Source of the DNA: an uncultured Gammaproteobacteria bacterium
GTDB lineage: Bacteria; Patescibacteriota; Patescibacteriia; SBBC01; CAIJZX01
Assembly: GCA_964397195.1 (NCBI GenBank)
Contig: CAYNGY010000001.1
Span: 70,586-134,585, forward strand
Reading direction: 5' to 3'
Length of the DNA stretch: 64,000 bases
Made by a program: the position numbers and the translations under genes
In this document: positions 56,120-64,000 of the stretch, piece after piece
Layout: every line of letters starts with the position of its first letter
Numbering within the stretch: position 1 is the stretch's first letter
Notes under the pieces: generated by a model
What the model saw: the letters and a program-made list of their open reading frames with translations, nothing else
What the model was told of the DNA's origin: nothing
Databases searched by the model: none

Positions 56120-56443
56120 ATGAGTACCCCCGACGAGTATTACGGATTTCCTGAGCAAGAACGGGCCCAACAGGAATTTGCTGGCACGGATGCGGAACGC
56201 AATCGCGCGATCATTGAACAGCTCGGGGTGTTACAAAAGCAAGGACGGATCGACGAGCATCTCGTTCGCGACATTATCAGTGGCCTTGATGCACCCAGCG
56301 GCCAGGTCTTTGGAAACGACCAGGTAAAAGTAACCCTTGGTCTGGACGGCCATTACCGTGTGCTCGTGCGCGAGGGTGGCGGCGAATGGACGGTATTCGA
56401 AAACAACGGTCACGAATCCCCGGCCGTGGATCAGGCGGCGTGA
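56120..56443 (+). CDS. Hypothetical acidic protein
   Basis: ORF fills the gap and converges with the next gene. Confidence 0.6.
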   Translation: MSTPDEYYGFPEQERAQQEFAGTDAERNRAIIEQLGVLQKQGRIDEHLVRDIISGLDAPSGQVFGNDQVKVTLGLDGHYRVLVREGGGEWTVFENNGHESPAVDQAA

Positions 56444-56446
56444 GCG

Positions 56447-56842
56447 TTAGAGCCGAAACGATTCGCTGATGTTTGTGCAGATGCCAGTCGTATCCGTGGC
56501 GGGGATGGCAGTTTGGCTATTCCGAACGTAAATCGGATGGTCAACATATTGGGTGACCGTTGAGGCAATCAGCGCCGCTGATGGCGGGTTTTTTCCGCAC
56601 AGACATTGGACAACCCGGATCCCGGCGTTTGAGGCATCAAGTTCTTCCGCCGTTCCGCACGGGATTTGGTTCCGGCATTCGTACCAGTTGCGAATGAATG
56701 GTTGGACGACATAGTGATCGTACGACTCAACGCACAGCGCCACCTTGACCGAGGTGGATGTGCGCAGCCCAAACCAACCGATGATGAAGAACCCACCAAC
56801 GACAACGACGCCGATGATGAGCAGCGGTGGAAAATACTTCAT
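56447..56842 (-). CDS. Hypothetical membrane-anchored Cys-rich protein
   Basis: N-terminal TM helix and six Cys; directly downstream of pilT. Confidence 0.65.
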   Translation of the reverse strand: MKYFPPLLIIGVVVVGGFFIIGWFGLRTSTSVKVALCVESYDHYVVQPFIRNWYECRNQIPCGTAEELDASNAGIRVVQCLCGKNPPSAALIASTVTQYVDHPIYVRNSQTAIPATDTTGICTNISESFRL

Positions 56843-56853
56843 ATGCGTATGTG

Positions 56854-57909
56854 TTAACGAAGCTCGTTTGGGTTGACCATGTAGCTGAGGGCCACTTCTT
56901 CGGTGATCAGCCCGTCGGCATACACTTTTTTGATATTTTGGTCCATGGTGAACATGCCATCCTCGGCGCTGGTTTGGATAGCGGTGCGCACCTGCGCGAT
57001 TTTGTTCTCGCGAATCAGGTTGGCGATCGCCGGTGTATTGATGAGGACCTCGCGCGCGGCGACGCGGCCGCCGTTTACGCCAGCCAACAATTGCTGTGAG
57101 ATAATCCCCTTTAAGAAGAGCGAGATTTGCAGACGGACTTGGTTTTGCTGGTATGGCGGGAAGACGTCGATAATACGATCAATAGTTTGGGCCGCGTTGA
57201 GGGTGTGGAGGGTGGCCAAGACGAGGTGTCCGGTTTCGGCTAAGGTGATGGTTGACGAAATAGTCTCAAGGTCGCGCATTTCTCCGACCATAATTACGTT
57301 CGGGTCTTGGCGGAGGACGTGTTTCAAGCCCTGGGCGAAACTCATCATATCCGTGCCAAGCTGTCGTTGTTTAATAATCGACTTCTTCGGCGGGTAAACG
57401 AATTCAACCGGATCTTCAAGAGTAATAATGTGGGCGGCCTGTTCGGAGTTAATCATGTCGATCATCGCCGCTAAGGTTGTCGACTTTCCCATGCCCGTCG
57501 GACCGGTCACGAGGACGAGGCCCTGCTTCAGACGACACAGATCGTAGGTAATCGGCGGCATGTTCAGCTCTTCCATAGTCGGAATTTTCTGCGAAACGAT
57601 ACGGGCGACCATCCCGGCGCAATCTTTTTCCCAATGCAGGTTAACACGGAATCGACAGATGCCCTTGATTTCGTAGCCAAGGTCAAGTTCACGATCCACG
57701 TCGAATCGCTCTTTCTGTTCAGCCGTCAACAGGCTGTAACACATGTCTTCACACTCTTTGGCTGATAGCGCTTTCCGGTCATCTTGTCGCTCAAGGCGCC
57801 CTTGGATACGAAAAACCGGCGGCAGTCCGGTGACAATATGAATATCCGATGCCTCGACGGAGGCAGCGGCTTTGAAAATCTCGTCGATGATGTTGGTGTT
57901 AGCGACCAT
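56854..57909 (-). CDS. pilT: Type IV pilus retraction ATPase PilT
   Basis: ASDIH, GLVLVTGPTGMGKSTT, TLEDPVE, LRQDPNVIMVGEMRD, AETGHLV.ATLH and AIANLIRE motifs. Confidence 0.95.
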   Translation of the reverse strand: MVANTNIIDEIFKAAASVEASDIHIVTGLPPVFRIQGRLERQDDRKALSAKECEDMCYSLLTAEQKERFDVDRELDLGYEIKGICRFRVNLHWEKDCAGMVARIVSQKIPTMEELNMPPITYDLCRLKQGLVLVTGPTGMGKSTTLAAMIDMINSEQAAHIITLEDPVEFVYPPKKSIIKQRQLGTDMMSFAQGLKHVLRQDPNVIMVGEMRDLETISSTITLAETGHLVLATLHTLNAAQTIDRIIDVFPPYQQNQVRLQISLFLKGIISQQLLAGVNGGRVAAREVLINTPAIANLIRENKIAQVRTAIQTSAEDGMFTMDQNIKKVYADGLITEEVALSYMVNPNELR

Positions 57910-57992
57910 ATTTCCTCTGTATCATAGCGTCTCCATTAGTGACCGTCAACAAAACACGCCCCCGCAAGGAGGGCGTGGATTGAAGAGAGAGA

Positions 57993-58760
57993 CTAAACCT
58001 CGTTGAGGGCCGAGTCGATAATCGACTTAACCTGATCGTAGGTGTAGGCGCCAGGAATCCCGGTGATCGTCTTGCCGCTGTCGGCATTGACGACGAAGGT
58101 GGTTGGCGTACCGGTGGCGCCGCCTTGCGAGCCATCATTGGTCTCATCCGAGACCCGGCTGGCCATGTCGCCACCATCGAGACAGTCCTTGAACTTGGAC
58201 TCGCTCACCCCGACTTCTTTGGCGAGGGCTGGGAGGTTGTCGAGCGAGAATCCGTAACCGTTCGACGTCGTGCGGTCGAAGATTTTGTCGATAAATGAGA
58301 AGTATTTGTCACCACCGCCAAGTTTCCCGACACAGAGGGCCGCTTCGCCTTCTTTCTGGGCGTTGGCGTGGAAGGAGAGCGGGAAATGACGATAGACGAA
58401 GTTCACTTTTCCATCGTAGTCGGTCAAAATCTTATTGACGACCGGGTGAAAGGTTTTGCAGTATGGGCACTCGAGGTCAGAGTACTCAATCAGGGTTATT
58501 TTGGCGTTCTTGTCGCCCCGGACGTAATCTGCGTCCGAAACCTTGGCGACGTCGGAGAAGGTTTGGGTGTCGCCCGTGTTGGCTGCGGCGGCGTCGTTCG
58601 TGTTCGATGTCTTCGAGCCTTTCGAAGAACTATAGCCCATCGTCACAAATAACGTCAGGGCCACGAGAGCGGTTACGCCGATGCCCGTCATAAGACCAAA
58701 GATAAACGTCAGTTTTGGTGACGCGCCTTGGAAGAGTCCGGATGAAGGTGTTTGTTCCAT
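57993..58760 (-). CDS. DsbA-family thiol-disulfide oxidoreductase
   Basis: EYSDLECPYC, YRHFPL.FH and GTPT motifs; N-terminal TM helix. Confidence 0.92.
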   Translation of the reverse strand: MEQTPSSGLFQGASPKLTFIFGLMTGIGVTALVALTLFVTMGYSSSKGSKTSNTNDAAAANTGDTQTFSDVAKVSDADYVRGDKNAKITLIEYSDLECPYCKTFHPVVNKILTDYDGKVNFVYRHFPLSFHANAQKEGEAALCVGKLGGGDKYFSFIDKIFDRTTSNGYGFSLDNLPALAKEVGVSESKFKDCLDGGDMASRVSDETNDGSQGGATGTPTTFVVNADSGKTITGIPGAYTYDQVKSIIDSALNEV

Positions 58761-58826
58761 ACGTGATGTGTTTACTACGTTATGTAGTACAGTATACCAA
58801 GGGCCCGCCGACGACGCAAGGCCGCC

Positions 58827-59066
58827 TTAGGTTGTGGGAAAAATAAGCTGTCCGTCCTCATCGTACAGGCGAATGGCCGAGACCGGGCACCCTTTAGCCG
58901 CATTGAGTAGGGCTTCATCGGTTGCGGTCGAATTTGGGCGGCGGGTCGATTTCTGCTCGTCATCCAAAATAAAACCGTCCGGTGCGAGGGTGACGCACGT
59001 TCCGGCGCCGATACAGAGTTCCCGGTCAATTTCGACGCGGGCAATGCGTCGCGGCTTAGGCGGCAT
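58827..59066 (-). CDS. Ferredoxin (probable [3Fe-4S] type)
   Basis: CIGAGTC...CPV.AI, with the second cluster Cys replaced by Ala. Confidence 0.88.
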   Translation of the reverse strand: MPPKPRRIARVEIDRELCIGAGTCVTLAPDGFILDDEQKSTRRPNSTATDEALLNAAKGCPVSAIRLYDEDGQLIFPTT

Positions 59067-59331
59067 GCGAAGCCGGTGCGTCAATCTCCTCCCAGATGTC
59101 GTTGATGCGCTGGGCGAGGGCGTAGTCTTTCTCAGTCACCTGCCCGACGTCATGCGATGTGAGTGTCATAATCACCGCCAAGGCCGTTAGAATGACGTCC
59201 GGGTGATGATCGAGTTCGTCCGCAACCGTGGCGACGCGGTTTATGAACTGTACGCCGCGAGCAAACGACTTGGTGCGGAACGTGCGGTGGATGGTTTTAT
59301 CCGTTGGGTCCCAGTGAGCGATGCGTGGCAT
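59056..59331 (-). CDS. phhB: Pterin-4a-carbinolamine dehydratase
   Basis: F..G..F..RVA..A...DHHPD and L.SHD.G.VTEKD..LA..I motifs. Confidence 0.9.
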   Translation of the reverse strand: MPRIAHWDPTDKTIHRTFRTKSFARGVQFINRVATVADELDHHPDVILTALAVIMTLTSHDVGQVTEKDYALAQRINDIWEEIDAPASHAA

Positions 59332-59333
59332 AC

Positions 59334-59582
59334 TTAAGCGTCGTTATCGATTGATTGGTCGTGGCCGCTTGAAAAGGAGGCTTCCGCATCGGGCCAGCGT
59401 GTTTTGAGCTCTTCTTGCATCCCTTCAAGATCATCATCGTCGCTCAGTTGTCCATTCGTTCGTTTTTCTTCGAGCACCTCTTCAACCATGTCGTAGTAGG
59501 CGTCACGGTCAAACGCAGCCTCTTCTTCAAGGCGGGTGATTATTTCATTAAAGATGGCGCTGGAATCAATGATGGTACTCAT
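59334..59582 (-). CDS. Small acidic hypothetical protein
   Basis: First gene of the unit with phhB and the ferredoxin. Confidence 0.7.
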   Translation of the reverse strand: MSTIIDSSAIFNEIITRLEEEAAFDRDAYYDMVEEVLEEKRTNGQLSDDDDLEGMQEELKTRWPDAEASFSSGHDQSIDNDA

Positions 59583-59698
59583 ACGATATGGCGTCAACCA
59601 ATAATACCGACAGTATAGCAAAAAAACCTGACCGGTACCGCACCGAGTTGTTGATATCACCTCGTCTGCCAGAAGACAAAAAAGAAGCGCCCCGGTTG

Positions 59699-60064
59699 TT
59701 AGCCGGGGGCAGCGAAGAACGTGCGGATGCGGTCGCCAACAGCGTGGCGTTCGGCGAGGCGCTGGTCATTCCCGGCATTGTCGACAATGGTGCAGAGCTC
59801 GCGATCGTAGCCGGTGTTCTCGAAGAGCTGAAGGATGATCGCCACATCCTCGGGCCGAGACGTGCTGTTCCGAGCGGTCGTTCGCGGCGTGCGCGGGTCG
59901 AGATAGATCTGGCCGAGCTTGAGCGCCAGGTCGTGGTACATGAGCGCCGCGGCCTCGAGACTGGCCGCAACGTGGACCTCGCGGTCGAAAGGGAGACTAG
60001 GCGGGAGCGTCGCTTGGATACTCGGGTCGTTGGAAATGACGAGCACAACGCGATCAGTGGGCAT
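59699..60064 (-). CDS. Stand-alone divergent receiver-like domain protein
   Basis: VVLVISND start, VAASLEAA and IYLD; SD GGAGG; resembles 18282..18641. Confidence 0.55.
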   Translation of the reverse strand: MPTDRVVLVISNDPSIQATLPPSLPFDREVHVAASLEAAALMYHDLALKLGQIYLDPRTPRTTARNSTSRPEDVAIILQLFENTGYDRELCTIVDNAGNDQRLAERHAVGDRIRTFFAAPG

Positions 60065-60154
60065 CTGATTCCTCCGTTTCAGAGTGACGGCGTCGCTGGA
60101 TGTCCTATCATGGAAACGAAAAACCAGCAAGTCGGGCGGACCGACCGGGTAGGG

Positions 60155-61807
60155 TTAGTAGATCTCTTCGCGCTTCTCGCGTAAGAATCCAAAGAACCCC
60201 TCGGTCGCTTCGAGGAAGGCCTTCAGCGGGGCTTCAATAATGACGTCGAAGAAGAAGATGAGCACATTCACCTTTGGTGCACGGAGGGCGATCCAGCGTC
60301 CTACCTGGAGAATCGGGACCGTTAAGAAATCGAACAGAACCGAGAAAATATTTTCTCGTTGGTCAACCACCAAGAGCTCTTTCGCGTACAAGCGAACGCG
60401 AATGCCGAAGAAGCTCACAATCGTCAGGAAGAGGAGGAAGATGAAAATGGAGAACGGCGTAAATTCGAAGGCGATCAGCCCGATGATCATTGCCGAAAAA
60501 ATGATCAGCGTCGTCAGGGCGTAAAAGGCGCGGAAAATGTAGGTCACCCACATACTGCGGCGAATCGGCTTACGCGGCTGGATGACGGAGTTGCGTTCAT
60601 CGGCGCGGTAGAGGAGGGCGCTAATCTTTTCTTGTAGTGCTTCAAGATTCTTGGCGCCCGGGACACGGTTCGTAATACCAATCACCAGTAAGATCAGTGG
60701 CGGCACGGTGACGTTAATCAGTAACGGGCGAAGCGGGAAATCACCGCCGGCAGCCATCAGTCGGTCGATCGGCAGTTCGAGCAGGAGTGCCAAGAGCATC
60801 TTGGTAATAAAGACGTAGATGATTGAGCGGATCACGCTCCGGGCAATGCGGCCTTGAGCCGCGCTCCGACGTCGATCGAACACCATGGCCACATCTTCTT
60901 TAACGGTTTCCGGCTCGGCGAGTCGTTCGAGCGAGGCTGGTCCATACTCAGCGACCAAATCTTCGACGGTCCAAAAAATCATGGCGTAGCGCTTCATGAT
61001 CCGCTGAAGAAGTTCCCCGGCTGGATGCAGAAGCTGACTCTCAATCAGGCTATGAATATCTCCGAACTTTGCGCCGAGATCACCAAGGCGATCCGGGTCA
61101 TCCGATGTCCAGTCAACAAATTGGCGACGGACGAGGTGGTAGCGAATAATATTGGCGTCTGATTTCAGGAGGGCGCGATGAATGGCGATGTAGAGCTGGA
61201 TGTTCTTTTCCGACTCCTCAATTTCGCCGGGCGCGAATTGAATATCGCGGTTCGTCACTTCATACATCAGCTCGGCCATCGCTTCATCCGCATCTGTCGG
61301 GGCGAGAAGTTCATTGATTTCAACAGACATCAGGCCATACCAAAAATCCTGGAGCTTGCGCCGGTAACTATCCTCAAGATCGGCTGAAGCGTTGGCCCAG
61401 ATGTAGATATAGCGATTGATAATCAGCGCCGTTTCGTTGACGAGCGTGACCGGGAGCGTACTGTTCGGGAGGTATCGACTGCGAATCAGTTCCAGAATAA
61501 GCGGCTCGGCAACTTGGGTAGCCGTTGCGCCGCTAATCAAACGACGCTTGAGCGTTCGTTCGATCGCATTTTTACGGAGCAAGTGCTCGTCTTGATAGTC
61601 GATGGCATTACGGAGTTTTTCGTACGCCCAGGCGACATTCGAAACGGTGTCATGGACTTCAATCCGCGGAACGGTCGGGTCGTCCTTCTTGGCCGAAAAG
61701 GACGTTAAACGCTGGACGGTGGTCGTGACCAAGTCCGATAATTTTTTTCGTTCCGGCGGCGGTTTAAGGACGCTCGGGGTGATGCGCGACAGTTGCTGAA
61801 TCGGCAT
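60155..61807 (-). CDS. Conserved hypothetical membrane protein
   Basis: YEKLRNAIDYQDEHLLRKNAIER N-domain and C-terminal TM helices; a family I associate with CPR genomes. Confidence 0.8.
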   Translation of the reverse strand: MPIQQLSRITPSVLKPPPERKKLSDLVTTTVQRLTSFSAKKDDPTVPRIEVHDTVSNVAWAYEKLRNAIDYQDEHLLRKNAIERTLKRRLISGATATQVAEPLILELIRSRYLPNSTLPVTLVNETALIINRYIYIWANASADLEDSYRRKLQDFWYGLMSVEINELLAPTDADEAMAELMYEVTNRDIQFAPGEIEESEKNIQLYIAIHRALLKSDANIIRYHLVRRQFVDWTSDDPDRLGDLGAKFGDIHSLIESQLLHPAGELLQRIMKRYAMIFWTVEDLVAEYGPASLERLAEPETVKEDVAMVFDRRRSAAQGRIARSVIRSIIYVFITKMLLALLLELPIDRLMAAGGDFPLRPLLINVTVPPLILLVIGITNRVPGAKNLEALQEKISALLYRADERNSVIQPRKPIRRSMWVTYIFRAFYALTTLIIFSAMIIGLIAFEFTPFSIFIFLLFLTIVSFFGIRVRLYAKELLVVDQRENIFSVLFDFLTVPILQVGRWIALRAPKVNVLIFFFDVIIEAPLKAFLEATEGFFGFLREKREEIY

Positions 61808-61868
61808 AGAGTACCATCATTGTACCAGAAATCAGCCGAAAAATCAAGTTCAAGTGGAATTTTTAATA

Positions 61869-62693
61869 CTAACGAAGAAAACCGACGCGGATTTTCTTAA
61901 TACTTATCAAAAACGCAAACAACGTAATAACGATAAATGGTGCGATGATCACCGATCGCAGTGCCGCGGTTACGCCAATCAAGCTGCTTTGCATCATGGC
62001 ATAGGCAACAAAAGACCATATCACCGTCAGGCAAATACCCATCGTTGCCTGAAACTTGCGAAGTGATTTAGTTCGTCGCTCGTCAGCAAATTGGTTCCAT
62101 GTGCTCAACACGACCCCGAAAAACGCACTCAAGACGGCGGGTATGCTCGTAATGAACGGCATGAATGCTGCACTGAAAAAAGTGCCGCGAACCGTATCGG
62201 GGACATCCACGCTCTCCGGCCCGAAAAACGCGTCACTCGTTGCGCCCATAATAACCGTCGAAACATACATGACCGCTAACAAGATCAGGAACACGCGGGC
62301 GGGTCGATGGAAACGAATAACCTGGCGGCCGAGGATGACGCCGGCGAGAATTGGGATAATGAACCAGCGGAGCGTCATGCCCAATTGCAGCAACGCCATG
62401 TCGACATCGCCCACTGTGTCACGATATCGCAAGGCCGGAATAATCTGTATCAGCGTGATGCAAAAAACAATGAGCGCGGGGATGAGCGCCATCTTCGGAA
62501 CGGTATTAAATATTCCGAGATGAACACGATCGATACTTTTCGCTAGACGTATTGGGTTGCCAAGCTCAGCCGGTGAGGATTCAGCCAGATGCGTTTCAAC
62601 TTCGCGCAGTATTTCCTGGCGGCGGTATCCGCCGATGTTCAGGTGGCGGCCAAAAGCCACTAAAAACAAGTTTGATGGTGGCCGTCCTGTCAT
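61869..62693 (-). CDS. Membrane protein with an N-terminal HAAS-like domain
   Basis: EILREVETHL...ELGNP..LA, followed by multiple TM helices. Confidence 0.7.
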   Translation of the reverse strand: MTGRPPSNLFLVAFGRHLNIGGYRRQEILREVETHLAESSPAELGNPIRLAKSIDRVHLGIFNTVPKMALIPALIVFCITLIQIIPALRYRDTVGDVDMALLQLGMTLRWFIIPILAGVILGRQVIRFHRPARVFLILLAVMYVSTVIMGATSDAFFGPESVDVPDTVRGTFFSAAFMPFITSIPAVLSAFFGVVLSTWNQFADERRTKSLRKFQATMGICLTVIWSFVAYAMMQSSLIGVTAALRSVIIAPFIVITLFAFLISIKKIRVGFLR

Positions 62694-63658
62694 GACGTAA
62701 CTGAGTGATTGAGGGTGGTCGCGGTGTGTTTCTTAACAATGCGTTGCCCCATTTTCCAGATCACCCAAGGGACTGAAATACCCGCGCTCAATATATATGC
62801 GCCATTTTGATTGGCAATCCAGTGGGCTACGGCTTGAATACCAGTCAGGTCCTGGTCTAATGCGATTCCCGTCACGAACGGCGTCGCAAAGACCCCAAAA
62901 ACCATGGCCACAAGATACCAAACCACAAACGTGGCAAAGATGCCGCCTGCGACCTCTGTGAACAACGACGTCTTTTGCTGAAACGATGTTTTTGTTTGCA
63001 GTGGCTTGCTTAACCACGCCGCCATGAACGCAGTTCCAAGCGCGAAGATGTTAGTGATGACGCTTATCCCAAAGGAATTCTTCAGGTTATACCAGAAATC
63101 AAATGGCCGGGCGGCAGAGTCAAATCCTTCATCGCCGAGAAACGCCCCGAAGTATCCGGTTGTTGGGTCGTGTCGCCATTGCAGGTAGATAGCTAAGGTC
63201 AATAACACTATCGGTGCGATGAGCGATGAAATGACGAGCCCACCGAGCGCCATGCCCGGGTGTTGCATCCGTCGTATGGAGATACCCGCCCAGACTGCCG
63301 CGAGGAAAAAGACAATCAGCAGTAGGTTGCTTCCGAGCATCCAGAAACCTAGGCCGACCGCGCTGTCACCAGCGCTTTGCCAGCCATTACTGGAAAGTGA
63401 CGTGACCATCTGGAGCAGGACAAATCCACAAATCACCCATGGGAGTATCAGTAAATTCACTTTCGACCCAAGAAGCCCGATATGTGTGCGATTGTATTTT
63501 CCCGCCAGGTCGATTGGATAGCCGAGCGCCTCAATGGCATTTGCACCCTGCGGCAACTCGTCCAAGTGATGTCGTAGTTCAGCGACGAGCTCACCGCGTT
63601 TCGGTTCGCCGACGCGGAGGTGACGTGTAAAAAGCTTGAGGTACTGTTCATGCGTCAT
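62690..63658 (-). CDS. Membrane protein with an N-terminal HAAS-like domain
   Basis: YL......L......ELVAELRHHL......AIEALGYP..LA; multiple TM helices; ATGA overlaps on both sides. Confidence 0.72.
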   Translation of the reverse strand: MTHEQYLKLFTRHLRVGEPKRGELVAELRHHLDELPQGANAIEALGYPIDLAGKYNRTHIGLLGSKVNLLILPWVICGFVLLQMVTSLSSNGWQSAGDSAVGLGFWMLGSNLLLIVFFLAAVWAGISIRRMQHPGMALGGLVISSLIAPIVLLTLAIYLQWRHDPTTGYFGAFLGDEGFDSAARPFDFWYNLKNSFGISVITNIFALGTAFMAAWLSKPLQTKTSFQQKTSLFTEVAGGIFATFVVWYLVAMVFGVFATPFVTGIALDQDLTGIQAVAHWIANQNGAYILSAGISVPWVIWKMGQRIVKKHTATTLNHSVTS

Positions 63659-64000
63659 ACAGGTTTCTTCTTCGTTGGTGGTTGTCGCCACAGCTGCGCC
63701 ACGCCGATATACATGCCCGAAAAAATCGCGAACATCCCAACAATAATCGCATTCATGCTTGCGGCCGGGATAATCGCTGACCAGACGGAGACCGGTGCGA
63801 AGTAGTTTTCCATCTGGTCCTCTGGGATAATAAATCCCGTTTGACGATCACGGAATACTGGACCGCCGGTAAATCCGTCTGGCCGGCTGATGATTGCGGT
63901 TTGGTCGAGTTCGGCGCGGCTCAGGTCGACAAATTTACTGCGCGAACCGTAATCCATGCTGGAGAAAAAAACAGTTCCGATCGAAAACGCAAGCAAGAGA
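63655..64000 (-). CDS. Membrane protein (3' part only; start lies beyond the window)
   Basis: Open frame to the window edge, coupled to the next gene by ATGA. Confidence 0.65.
   Translation of the reverse strand, partial: LLLAFSIGTVFFSSMDYGSRSKFVDLSRAELDQTAIISRPDGFTGGPVFRDRQTGFIIPEDQMENYFAPVSVWSAIIPAASMNAIIVGMFAIFSGMYIGVAQLWRQPPTKKKPV

Overview
This 64-kb window reads as chromosomal DNA from a Candidate Phyla Radiation (Patescibacteria) bacterium using genetic code 11. The taxon is inferred from gene content and promoter style, not from a marker gene. The backbone carries housekeeping genes (trxA, gdhA, rnhB, nusA, hppA, tig, nfo, UDG, pilT, DsbA, ECF sigma) and six tRNAs. Many backbone genes look leaderless (TGG-TAnnnT-N6-ATG). 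Between them sit short, mostly uncharacterised accessory units, each with its own TTGAC-N17/18-TAnnnT promoter, a GGAGG Shine-Dalgarno site and a hairpin terminator. Highlights: (1) an intact tRNA-Cys nested inside a second, degenerate tRNA-Cys and clamped by an 18-bp inverted repeat; (2) three accessory proteins carrying diderm-envelope modules (a T9SS/FlgD-like C-terminal domain, a TWGxLKxxYR tail and a TonB C-terminal domain) in a lineage thought to lack an outer membrane; (3) an operon with three acyltransferase domains plus an acyl-CoA-ligase-like enzyme, with a ceramidase and Cfa elsewhere, suggesting host-lipid scavenging; (4) two candidate structured RNAs; (5) an atypical thiol-redox operon. 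I saw no CRISPR array, rRNA, integrase or transposase. All family calls come from motif recognition by eye; no database searches were run.
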